Shown here one piece after another: positions 28,401-37,441 of a DNA stretch of 64,000 nucleotides; positions within the stretch are counted from its first letter, which is position 1, and every line of letters starts with the position of its first letter. A program made the position numbers and the translations under genes. The notes below the pieces were generated by a model. That model was not told the DNA's origin. It made no database searches and saw nothing but the letters and a program-made list of their open reading frames with translations. The stretch is from a virus: positions 1-64,000 of the IMG/VR virus record IMGVR_UViG_3300027804_000052, one strand, 5' to 3'.

Positions 28401-31400
28401 GTAAAAGATCCTTAAGGCTAGATGGACTCTCCGTAGTAGATGAAGCCGGAGATCAAGTATATAGTCAGTCTCAAGTTCTTTCTGCAGTAGAATCTTTTAG
28501 AAAAAGAATATTTAATTTTAATATAAATCAAAGAGTAATGAGGGAGCTTGAAGAAGTTGCTCCTAATTTATTTAAGTCTACATCTGGAGTAAGAGCTAGT
28601 CAGATTAATACTGTTCAAGATGTAAGAACTGCAGTAAGAAGTTTATCTAACGAGCAAAGTCAAGCATACGCAGAACTTAGAAGGGCAGGTTTTGATCCTA
28701 GGCAGCTTTCGAAGTCTTTTTCAAGACTTCAGGGTTACATGGATGAAACTCAGTTTGATGTAGATAAAGCTAGTTCTGAAATATTTAGGTATATTTCTCA
28801 AAGAAACCAAATGTTGCAGCAAGCAATGCCGGCAGCATCTAGAACCGTTAATGCTACAGACGACATATTTACTCAAATTGAAAAAGTAACAAGACAACTT
28901 CAAGCAGAAGGAAAGATAGGAATAGATGCAGCCGTTGAAGCAAGAGCTTACGGTGTTGCTACTTTATTTAATTTTAGTGCATTCAGTACACACAAGGGTG
29001 CTTCTAGTGTCACTCAAAACTCTATCGACGCTTTAAATAAAGTAATTGGAACAGCAAATAGTAGTGAATCTGTAAGAAAACTTTTTGGTGAATTTACCAG
29101 AGGCAATACCTCGATGGTAAACACAAGTGTTAGGAGACCAGCTTCTAGAATCTTGCCAGCCTTAAGTAGAAAATTTGGTACTGCGCCTTATGAAATAAAT
29201 GATCTTTCAGTAAATGTACTGGGCAGTGGTCAGCAGTACACCATGCTTCCTACATTTGGAACCGTCTTTGCAAGAAATCCAATGGCAGCGGTAAAGAGTG
29301 CAATTGGCATAGGGACATATAAGAACCCTGAAGCTTTCTCGACTGGGTCAATACCAACTGCGCATATATTTGGAAGATTAAACAAGTACTTTGGTACCTT
29401 TGGTTTACAGCTAGATCAATCTCAATATGGTGGTCCGCTTGATCTTTATATGCGAGGCATGGTTGGTAAAAGGGTTCTTCCAATCACCGCTGCTGGTGCA
29501 ACCTTTATGGCAGTTGATAGAACTATCGGCGGTGCAGTAAACGAAAAAGACCAAAGAGGAGAAAGAGTTTATTCTCCATTCTTTACAACAAAGTTAGCAC
29601 GTGTTGCTGTCGAAGGTCAGTCAATTGGGGCAGGTTTAGTTCCTGGTGGAATGTCATATGAAGAAAAGAAAGATCAACTTTTAAATGGCGAAGTTGCCGT
29701 TAGACAAGGTAGATACTGGCCACTTGGTACAACTCCTTTTAAGGGTGGCAAGGTTCTTTATTACAGACCATCTTATTATAGAAAACTTGCAGAAGGAACA
29801 GGATTAACATCAGATTCATATTCTTCGCCCGCAGAAAAACTAGCATTTGGCTATGACTTTTCTCCACTAAGACCATTTGATCCATATAGGTTTGAAAGAG
29901 AAAATTATTACGATAGGCCATATCCGGTAACTGGAGAATATTTTACTGGTCCATTTGGTCCAGCTACAGCGCTTGGTAATTTAACGGTTGGTAAAATATT
30001 AAAACCTCAAATGAGGATGCACGAACAAGAGGTTGCCGCAGGATTAGCAGCTTACGTTCCAGCTGGTGAATCTGGAGCATACAATGCGCAGGGATTAATA
30101 GACTCTGGTAGAACATCTCCTGTAATGGGAGCTGGAGGCGCAATAACTTCCCTTAACGCTGCAAGCGGTGGCTATTATGGAGCTGGCAGACAGATATCTG
30201 GATACAACAATGCTATGTCGGCAAATGCAGGAGCAATGGCAACTGCAAGTAGATCTACCATAGGACAAATTGGACAATATAATAATCAACTTTCTTCTGC
30301 AGCTGCTTCAGGTCCAAATAGAATAAACGCAGCTGCAACAATGCCTGGTGGGTTAACGTATGGTCCGCCAAAAGTTCCTGGAATTATTCCTCCATCAATA
30401 GTTCCTGCAGGAGCTCCAATATCAACTGGATCAATTCCATTCCAGGCAAGTGAACTAGGATATAGATTACAGGAAACAGCTGGTATATATGGTTTTGCAT
30501 TTGGATCACTAAGAGAGGGTCTTGGCTTTGGAAGTCAGGATATGTCACCTCAGGTTTCTGCTCTGCAATCCGCTTCAAAGGGCTATGGTTCTACTAGGGC
30601 ATTCTGGGACTTAAACCTTGGTGGCCTTGGTGACGTTCCAATGGCTGGCGAAGGTTCCATTGGAAACATAGAAGTATCTGAAATTGTAAGAAGATTTATT
30701 CCAAAAGAAAGAACAGATGTTAATTATGTAAACCCAATTAGAAACACAATGGGTCAACAATATCCATTCCTTCCTGGTTCTGATTATTTTATAAACTTTA
30801 AAACAGGCGACCCATTTACCAGAGTTCAAGAAGGTGAAATTAGATTACCAGGAGCTGGCTACGAAAGGCTTAATACACTTTATGGCGATGAAACTGGAAG
30901 ATACGGTAGAGTAAATCAGTTAGACATACTTGCAGATGTTGCACCATATTCAAAAGAATTTAGATCTTTAAATAGAACAATAAAAATGGGTGATCTTTCT
31001 CCAGCAGAAAGAATTAAAGTTCAAGACATTAGGGATCAAGTAGAAGACACAACCACTAAGTATCAATTTACTCCGTACAAATACAAAGACACAAGTGCAG
31101 AAGATCTAGGCATGCAGCCAACTCTTCACGCTATCAGTAGAGCAGGAGAGTACATTGCGCACAGAGATACTTTCTTTAACTCTAAATTTTTAAATAAAAG
31201 AACAGCTACGGAAGACTGGGAACGAAGGAATGTTTATGGAGCTACCTTCCCAGAATGGCAAAGACCATATGAGAGCTATATTCAACCAATGATGAATAAA
31301 GCATCTCAAAGAGATCCAATTACGGCAACACTTGCTACAGCAGCAGCTGGATCTTTTTTTGGTAGAACTGCACCAGCAAAAACCGTCAGCTCTTTAGTGT

Positions 31401-32140
31401 TTGGTACAGCTGGTTTAGTTTCTTCGATCAAAGGAAATATACATGAACTAGTGACGGGTGAAAGGCAAATGCCTAAAAAAAGAGTCAAAGAACTTGCTCT
31501 TGAAGAATATGTAGACATTCTTGGATATGTTAAAAATACAAGTCTTGCACAAGAGGCTAAAGCTAGAGGAGATGCAGCAGCAGCAGCTAGCTTTACATCA
31601 GCAGCAAAGAGAACAATGTATGGAGCTGATATTTATGGTGGCTCAGTGGATAACTTGTCTTTAGCAATTCCGAAAAGAAAAAGAGAACATTTTAAAGCAA
31701 TGATTAATGCTCCAGAAGAAGAAAGGGAAAGAATTCTTTCTACTTCTGGAAGATTAGAAAGAAGAATATATCAAGCAGCTTGGGGAATGAAAGTAGAAGA
31801 AAGACCTGAGCTAGCTGAATATTTCTCAAGGCACGAATTACCAGATCAAAGCTGGGAAGGATGGCATCCAAATACTAATCTAGAACACGTTAAGATAAAG
31901 ATGGGTCAAAGCATGGGTCTAGAAATGTCTCAAATGGGTTACTATCCACAACAGGTAAAAGAAGCTAATTTAACCAATCCATCTTATCCATCATTCTTTG
32001 AAAATAATTCTACAGAAAATGTTGGCTCCCAACTTAGGGCCATGATGTCAAGAATGGGCGTTTCTGGAAGCGTAAGGGAAAATAGAAACCCATACGGTTC
32101 CAATTCTGTTAACTTATCATCAGCAATAAATATTTTTTAG
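25448..32140 (+). CDS. tape measure-like protein (2230 aa)
   Basis: Very long, A/G/R-rich; directly after the chaperones; AGGAGG RBS. Confidence 0.65.
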   Translation: MFRDKGPTHNLGHGVSSRDMPSREGETETPSPNSGYVAKALDAHPMMRFFASAGTAMLVTTLASRFTKSGGLKLGQSLQKSSDAAMSAGRTDALSTRAVRSITEIRKELDNLSAMHRSIDGVDDPYLKAVYEVDGKLTTGYNPTLGRRKFFRPLSQEGARSSARGLTSESAEAWTMRDEFQVRLVRAARRMPYELPALYVTQRAVTEPLFGQNQEKKRLNWYNPADVISDFVKQSTLNVATMVLPFEAVGAAGAAGRSSLTTLAGSMNDLRALSPVQKKAANAAIDIRSLLAEVGQDIAGMTNKVLKMSSQTSGAFAAGVSEAGNSQPEFVQALRAARHGSKQAVQDMANADRSNRLKVMTARARGFFTGTTEDGIGILDVFPTFRGAGVGVAAGKNQFKALGVAHDVVSGRLTREQALGRLTQKFGYSTDDAFTTALSENASRLKLRGLNGTSADEILTKAINAVQSQHSSKLTRLSQDFYRLGAGGPNTDRFKGSEFYQRSLQDEYKDQLARHLVNVKGVEQKAADGFVAQIKINQLPSRKEASEVTNRISLGRKKQFSEGTDEFFDDVLERFRGVKGGKDFKAAIGNGQALKESIEEVDQLFVSEEFRKSLHEKIASRWNQFRTGSMPEIASDVLKPAKQSYLDFIGPISESKQTFLQRKTAQTLGIPLVQKDGRRITQSVLESKLTGQGFDPTDFSYMRDFLLNQRKLTTGFLGGGATNILGLRPLLVDEGVERGLFKFMPEEQQASIRQLASTQATFDPVTGGLGAATQTMGRSAIGGVYQTRSGEILDFTKVTSMLTKAKDFIASDFRIPIVGFNPADLMGNRSLRDIRNSPALQYVSSRSVQPFVPQSEVRPDFLILNRVKGTKGTLRSFTADESGRLTTSKLPGFYRAAPSASTEIFSREARNAAGLTGERVDTLGGQNQKFGRFKRIFDVDAEQPNSLFRLASRYKNRQSDIRNPRVLSELLSSENNTISYNTLRGKRSLRLDGLSVVDEAGDQVYSQSQVLSAVESFRKRIFNFNINQRVMRELEEVAPNLFKSTSGVRASQINTVQDVRTAVRSLSNEQSQAYAELRRAGFDPRQLSKSFSRLQGYMDETQFDVDKASSEIFRYISQRNQMLQQAMPAASRTVNATDDIFTQIEKVTRQLQAEGKIGIDAAVEARAYGVATLFNFSAFSTHKGASSVTQNSIDALNKVIGTANSSESVRKLFGEFTRGNTSMVNTSVRRPASRILPALSRKFGTAPYEINDLSVNVLGSGQQYTMLPTFGTVFARNPMAAVKSAIGIGTYKNPEAFSTGSIPTAHIFGRLNKYFGTFGLQLDQSQYGGPLDLYMRGMVGKRVLPITAAGATFMAVDRTIGGAVNEKDQRGERVYSPFFTTKLARVAVEGQSIGAGLVPGGMSYEEKKDQLLNGEVAVRQGRYWPLGTTPFKGGKVLYYRPSYYRKLAEGTGLTSDSYSSPAEKLAFGYDFSPLRPFDPYRFERENYYDRPYPVTGEYFTGPFGPATALGNLTVGKILKPQMRMHEQEVAAGLAAYVPAGESGAYNAQGLIDSGRTSPVMGAGGAITSLNAASGGYYGAGRQISGYNNAMSANAGAMATASRSTIGQIGQYNNQLSSAAASGPNRINAAATMPGGLTYGPPKVPGIIPPSIVPAGAPISTGSIPFQASELGYRLQETAGIYGFAFGSLREGLGFGSQDMSPQVSALQSASKGYGSTRAFWDLNLGGLGDVPMAGEGSIGNIEVSEIVRRFIPKERTDVNYVNPIRNTMGQQYPFLPGSDYFINFKTGDPFTRVQEGEIRLPGAGYERLNTLYGDETGRYGRVNQLDILADVAPYSKEFRSLNRTIKMGDLSPAERIKVQDIRDQVEDTTTKYQFTPYKYKDTSAEDLGMQPTLHAISRAGEYIAHRDTFFNSKFLNKRTATEDWERRNVYGATFPEWQRPYESYIQPMMNKASQRDPITATLATAAAGSFFGRTAPAKTVSSLVFGTAGLVSSIKGNIHELVTGERQMPKKRVKELALEEYVDILGYVKNTSLAQEAKARGDAAAAASFTSAAKRTMYGADIYGGSVDNLSLAIPKRKREHFKAMINAPEEERERILSTSGRLERRIYQAAWGMKVEERPELAEYFSRHELPDQSWEGWHPNTNLEHVKIKMGQSMGLEMSQMGYYPQQVKEANLTNPSYPSFFENNSTENVGSQLRAMMSRMGVSGSVRENRNPYGSNSVNLSSAINIF

Positions 32141-32150
32141 GTAAACGAGC

Positions 32151-35100
32151 ATGCCAAGAACAAACCCACTAATAAGCACTAGTGCGATTCCAATAGAAAC
32201 CAGAATACAAGCAGAAAGACGTCTGCTAAATAGAACCATGTATGGAGTCAACGATATTATTCGTGTAGATTCTGAAGGTGATAATTTAGTTTACAGATTA
32301 AATACAACTGGAAAAACTTTTGATACAGCAAAAGAAGCTTTTGATGCTGTAGGAAAAACTGGAATGACAACCTTTGGTAGAATTACCGGAGACTTAGAAA
32401 GCTCTTCTTATAACCTTAGGGGTCTTGGTGGACTAGAACAAAGATTAAAGACGGTTAGAGACACTCTTACTACAGATGTAGGATTAGCAAATAGACTAGG
32501 AATAGACGATCCTAATTTAATTAGATTTGAAATTGCAAGCTTTAAATCTGGAATAGGAAATAAACAGTCTCTTAGATCAATTGTGGATCAGGTTGGCGAA
32601 AACTTAGGCGTTATAGTCCCCGACGACGCATCGTTTAATCTTCTAAGAGTTTTTTCTGGAGAAAAAGAGATGACTGTTGGAGAAATTTCTAGACTGTTTA
32701 GTGCAACATCTGAAGGTCTTGGTGGAATTCTATCAACAGAAGATTTAATGCAGGCCTTAAGTGAGGGTCCACAAAAAGTTGCATCAATGTATTCAAAGTC
32801 TGGCAAACGCGTTAAAGGCGCAATTGCATTAAGAGATATTTCTTTAGCTGGAGAAGATTTAGGAAACCTACTTGAGCAAGTTAGTGGTACGACTAAACTT
32901 GACACTAAATCTGTTAGAATATTTAAAGTCAATGAAGATTTAAGAAACCTTGCCGAACGTTATATAGAAGCTATAAGTTCCCCTGAAGCTTCTGCATTTT
33001 CCGATGCATCTTCTAGGAGAAGTTTTGCAACACTTACAGCAATGGATAAAATTTCAGGAAATGTTGACGAAATAACTGGCGTTGTTACTCCTACTGTTGA
33101 AGGATTAGAAAGAAAAGCTTTTTATTCTAAAAGTGGAGCAATGGACGTTGTAACCGCTGCATTAAAAAATTTAAAGATATTAGATGATGATGGAAATGTT
33201 TTAAAGCAAATAGGTTCTTTAACTGAAACTGAACAAAAAATACTTACTTCAAAATTTGAATCAGCATACGATGGTACATCTGTTCTGAACTCAAAAATGT
33301 TCAATTCAATGAGAGCTCAGGTAAAAAATGAATTAGAATCTTTAAGATCACTTCCAGAAAATCAAAGGTCTCAACAATTTGTCGCAACTAGAATTGCAGA
33401 ACTAACTTCACAATTAGATAATCTTGAAGGAGATAATTTTCAGGCTATTACAGCAAGAATATTTATGAACATTAAAGAAGGAGAGACTGTACTTCCTAGA
33501 ATGATTAAAGCTGTTGTTGATCAAGCAGGTTTCTCCAAAGTACTTGACCAGTATTCAATCTTAACAACAGACGTTGCTTTAAAAGCAGAAACAGCAATAA
33601 TGGGAACAGATGATTCAATTAACTTAGTTCTTCAAGGCGAAGCTAAAGGAAGGGTATATTACGATCCATTGGCTCCCGCTTTTCACTATGACATGTTCTC
33701 TGATCCAACTTACATTAAAGCAAATGAGACCAGACAAAACAGAATTATTAGTTCTTTAAACCATGCAATCGAAACAGGAGAAGTTAGAGGAAACCTAAGA
33801 AGGCAGATATACCAATCAGCTGAAGCGAATCTAGATGCTATACCGGAAGCAGCAAGAGACTCTGCTCAAAGAAATAGAATGTTTATGCGTCAACTAAAAG
33901 AAGCTATAGAATCTGGTATGGACGTTAGGACAATGCCACAGCTTTTAAATTATTTAAAGAAAAATGCTAGTGCAGATTTATTTAGAATAAAAGATGGAAT
34001 TTATCAACCGGCACTAGAAGATGCATTTAGATTATCTTTAGATACAGAAGCTTCATTTTTTAGTGGTAGAGCTAATAAGGCAGCTAGGTTAGGTGAAGGT
34101 TTATCGGATATGACTATACTAGGTAGAGACGAACCTATTAAAGCTCTTACATTTCAGGTGCAAGGGCATAAGATGCTATTTGCCGGCGATGCTGCGAGCA
34201 TGTTTAAGCACTCCCTTGGTGGTTTCGACTTAGACGACAAGGGAATCATCATGCCTAGAATTTTTCAAGATGCAGATGAAAAAGAGAGACTTGGAACATT
34301 CTTGTTCCGTCAGCCAACTGGTCCTGGAGAATTTATATTTGGAAAAGCCGACCTTAGAAACATAGATACAATAAAATTATTTTTACAAAACAACGATGCT
34401 TTGATGAACGAATTAGACATAATGAAGGAAAGCATTACTGGAAATGCACTTTTAGATTCAATACACGAAGGATTAACAGCTTCTGGTAGAAGGAAAGGCC
34501 AATTAGATAATTTAATCGGTCAACAAAGTTCAGATAAAATAGAAGATTTTATTATAGCACTAATGAAGTCAGCGGAACAAAGAGGTTCTTACTCAATTCA
34601 AAGAGTTGATATGAATAGTTCTTTTTTTAAACAATTAGAAGGAAAACAATTTACATCACCATTAGCTTTGACTAGAGAAAACATTAAAGCAGCAGCAGAA
34701 GCAGGACTCGCAAAAGAAAAATATCTAGTACAACAGTACAACTATGGAAACATGTTAAGAGTATTTGCTACAGAGGGTTCTTTTAAATATAGCGATGAAC
34801 TACACGAAGGTCTAAAAAATTATACTTCTGTTGAAAAATTTAATCAACTTCAAATATTAAGGGATTCTACAGAAGAAGGCGCAGATGTTAAATATGGTCA
34901 AGCAATAGCTGAGATAATGAAAGACGCCGATGCAGAAACTAGGGCAGGAATATCATCTTTGTTTGATGAAGATTTAGCCAAAAAAAGTCGTCAAGCAATA
35001 TTGAAGCAAGACACCATTGGTCAGTATATAAATAGATTGACTGTAGCTTCTGCTGGCGCTGATCAGCAAGAGGCTATATTGGCTAGACTCCAGGGTAAAG

Positions 35101-36959
35101 TCGATGATAGTGTGTTGTCTGCCCTTAGAAATACTAAAATAGCAACATTTGCTCCTTCTGACGTAGTTGACTTAATAGTCAACCTTAACGAAGGCATAGG
35201 TGTCGAGGGTGCAGAAAACTTGGAAAGACTCTATGCTGGAGCTATTGATAAAGAATCGGCAGCAAAAGCTATTATGAAGATTTCTGGAATAGCAGAAGAT
35301 GCAGGAGTTTCTGTCGTGGAAGCTACTGGAAGGCAGATGATTGATTCTAAATTTGAACTATTAGGAAAACTTAGAGCTCTGGCTATGCAAAATTTAATAG
35401 ATCAAGATGATTACAAAAACATGTTAGCCGGTATAGATAACGTTATAATAGATCAAAGACTAAAAGGCGACGACGTAACAGGTGCTTTAAAATCTTTTCA
35501 GCGTGGATTTGACGACATGTCTGCGTCCACAAATGCTTCAAAAGACATGGTTCAATACTCAAAAAGAATAAAAGATGCATTCAGTGGTGGCGATGAAGGG
35601 GGAATAAAAGAAAACCTAAAAGGCCTACTTGGCCTAGATGCCGAAAGTCCTTTTGCACACGCATCAAAAAGCGTAAAGCTTGGTCAACAAGCAAAAGATG
35701 CAATGGACGTGGTAGATAATGCTATATTTAAATTAAATCAGGTTGCTTACGCTGGTGAAATAGTAAACTCGAGAGAGTCTTCAGTTATTGCTTCTAATAT
35801 TTTGCAAGAAGCGGAGTCTATGATGCAAAGAAATAGTCAGATAATGAATCAGGTTATTCAGGCTGGAGACGAAGCAAGTGAATTTTTAAAGTACGAAGCT
35901 CCAAAAATGCAAGGGGAAGTTATTGATAAAGTTAGATCAATGATTTTTGAAGCATCTAACCAATCAGAAGGTACAACTGTTAGACAATTGTTAGACGCAA
36001 TGGAAATGCAAATGTCTGGTAGATATAAAGGCGTTAGAAGAATTATGTCTCAACCTGGATATTTAGATGAAAATACTTTGTTAAATATGTTTAGGGCTAG
36101 ACAGCAAGAAAGAGCGGCTTCTTTTTTGAGTAGACAAGAAGGAATTTCTGACCTTACTGAGCAGTATGACGAAATGGTAAGAAATGTTGATTCTATGTCG
36201 ATTGAAGAGAGAAGAGAAATACTAGCAATTGCAGAAGACATGATGGGTAAATCAAAAAGAGGTTCTGCAATAGTTGACGAGGATCAGTTTAGAATAGCTG
36301 CAGCACTTTTAGTTAACCCAGAAAAACAAGTGGGAGAACTTGGTCTTGATGAAGTAACAGAAAAAGCAGTAAGACAGATGAGAATGTTGCAGCAAGCTAG
36401 ATCAACCATCACTGAATTAGGAATGGATGAAATACTTTCTTTTGGAGGAAGAGCTTCTGCAAGCGGATATGCTCCAGACGCAATTGATTTAACAGATGAA
36501 GAAAGAAGCAACTTATTTAGAGGGCTTGATGGAGAAGCTGCTGGTGAGACTCAAAGGCCAGTTGAAACCGGCTATAAAAGAATTGGAAAAGAATTCTTTG
36601 ATAAACCAATAGTTAAAAAATCTGGATATGCAGTAGCTGGATTAATTGCTGCTAGCTTTATTTATTCGGCTTCAAAAGATAGAAGTCAATCAGACATAGC
36701 TGGACCACCACTACTGCCCGGTGGTTCTGCTTATGAAGCAATGAATCAAAGGCAACCTCAAGTTCCTGAAGGGTCTATGTTTTCTGGATACAATCAAGGT
36801 GTCAGCTACAGTGTAAATATAGAGGGCTCAAGAGAGCAAGCTGAATCTTTTTCAAATTCTATAGGATCTGTTGCAAGAGGGGGCGTTAACAGTACTATGT
36901 ATAGAGGACTGCCACAGTTGGGCAAAGATCCTTATTCTCAAATCGCCGGCTCCTATTAG
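32151..36959 (+). CDS. large internal virion/ejection protein (1602 aa)
   Basis: Helical composition; hydrophobic segment near the C-terminus (GYAVAGLIAASFIYS). Confidence 0.5.
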   Translation: MPRTNPLISTSAIPIETRIQAERRLLNRTMYGVNDIIRVDSEGDNLVYRLNTTGKTFDTAKEAFDAVGKTGMTTFGRITGDLESSSYNLRGLGGLEQRLKTVRDTLTTDVGLANRLGIDDPNLIRFEIASFKSGIGNKQSLRSIVDQVGENLGVIVPDDASFNLLRVFSGEKEMTVGEISRLFSATSEGLGGILSTEDLMQALSEGPQKVASMYSKSGKRVKGAIALRDISLAGEDLGNLLEQVSGTTKLDTKSVRIFKVNEDLRNLAERYIEAISSPEASAFSDASSRRSFATLTAMDKISGNVDEITGVVTPTVEGLERKAFYSKSGAMDVVTAALKNLKILDDDGNVLKQIGSLTETEQKILTSKFESAYDGTSVLNSKMFNSMRAQVKNELESLRSLPENQRSQQFVATRIAELTSQLDNLEGDNFQAITARIFMNIKEGETVLPRMIKAVVDQAGFSKVLDQYSILTTDVALKAETAIMGTDDSINLVLQGEAKGRVYYDPLAPAFHYDMFSDPTYIKANETRQNRIISSLNHAIETGEVRGNLRRQIYQSAEANLDAIPEAARDSAQRNRMFMRQLKEAIESGMDVRTMPQLLNYLKKNASADLFRIKDGIYQPALEDAFRLSLDTEASFFSGRANKAARLGEGLSDMTILGRDEPIKALTFQVQGHKMLFAGDAASMFKHSLGGFDLDDKGIIMPRIFQDADEKERLGTFLFRQPTGPGEFIFGKADLRNIDTIKLFLQNNDALMNELDIMKESITGNALLDSIHEGLTASGRRKGQLDNLIGQQSSDKIEDFIIALMKSAEQRGSYSIQRVDMNSSFFKQLEGKQFTSPLALTRENIKAAAEAGLAKEKYLVQQYNYGNMLRVFATEGSFKYSDELHEGLKNYTSVEKFNQLQILRDSTEEGADVKYGQAIAEIMKDADAETRAGISSLFDEDLAKKSRQAILKQDTIGQYINRLTVASAGADQQEAILARLQGKVDDSVLSALRNTKIATFAPSDVVDLIVNLNEGIGVEGAENLERLYAGAIDKESAAKAIMKISGIAEDAGVSVVEATGRQMIDSKFELLGKLRALAMQNLIDQDDYKNMLAGIDNVIIDQRLKGDDVTGALKSFQRGFDDMSASTNASKDMVQYSKRIKDAFSGGDEGGIKENLKGLLGLDAESPFAHASKSVKLGQQAKDAMDVVDNAIFKLNQVAYAGEIVNSRESSVIASNILQEAESMMQRNSQIMNQVIQAGDEASEFLKYEAPKMQGEVIDKVRSMIFEASNQSEGTTVRQLLDAMEMQMSGRYKGVRRIMSQPGYLDENTLLNMFRARQQERAASFLSRQEGISDLTEQYDEMVRNVDSMSIEERREILAIAEDMMGKSKRGSAIVDEDQFRIAAALLVNPEKQVGELGLDEVTEKAVRQMRMLQQARSTITELGMDEILSFGGRASASGYAPDAIDLTDEERSNLFRGLDGEAAGETQRPVETGYKRIGKEFFDKPIVKKSGYAVAGLIAASFIYSASKDRSQSDIAGPPLLPGGSAYEAMNQRQPQVPEGSMFSGYNQGVSYSVNIEGSREQAESFSNSIGSVARGGVNSTMYRGLPQLGKDPYSQIAGSY

Positions 36960-36964
36960 GTTGA

Positions 36965-37435
36965 TTGTATATGATTCTTGGTGCAGATAATCAAAATAAA
37001 AACCTCAGGGCTGCATCGACCATTAAGGTTAACTCTACTGCAAAAACTAGAACTGCAAATCATTATTCCGCTTCTATATCGAGTTCTAAGACAACAGATA
37101 ATTCAAAATCAGCAAGAACCCAGCAAACTACAGTTCATCAATCTAGATCTAAAATAAATGACGGACAGCCAGATCCTATAAGAGGGTCTATGGAAGGGTT
37201 GGACAATAGTAAGTCAACTCACATCCAAATGGATAATAGGGGTTACGACGCAAAGTCTTTACAGGGCGCAAGGTACAGGGATAAGGATAAGAAATTAAAC
37301 CCAGCTATGGGAAGCTCACTTTCCTTTACAAATCTTCAAAATAAGAGTATAATGAATAACTACAGCGGAATTACCATGAGCGGTTCCTCTAGTGACAGAA
37401 TGTCAAAAAACTTAAGACTTAACAGAATGTTCTGA
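36965..37435 (+). CDS. basic low-complexity hypothetical protein
   Basis: S/K/N-rich ORF filling the gap; true start probably ATG 36971. Confidence 0.5.
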   Translation: MYMILGADNQNKNLRAASTIKVNSTAKTRTANHYSASISSSKTTDNSKSARTQQTTVHQSRSKINDGQPDPIRGSMEGLDNSKSTHIQMDNRGYDAKSLQGARYRDKDKKLNPAMGSSLSFTNLQNKSIMNNYSGITMSGSSSDRMSKNLRLNRMF

Positions 37436-37441
37436 TAAATT

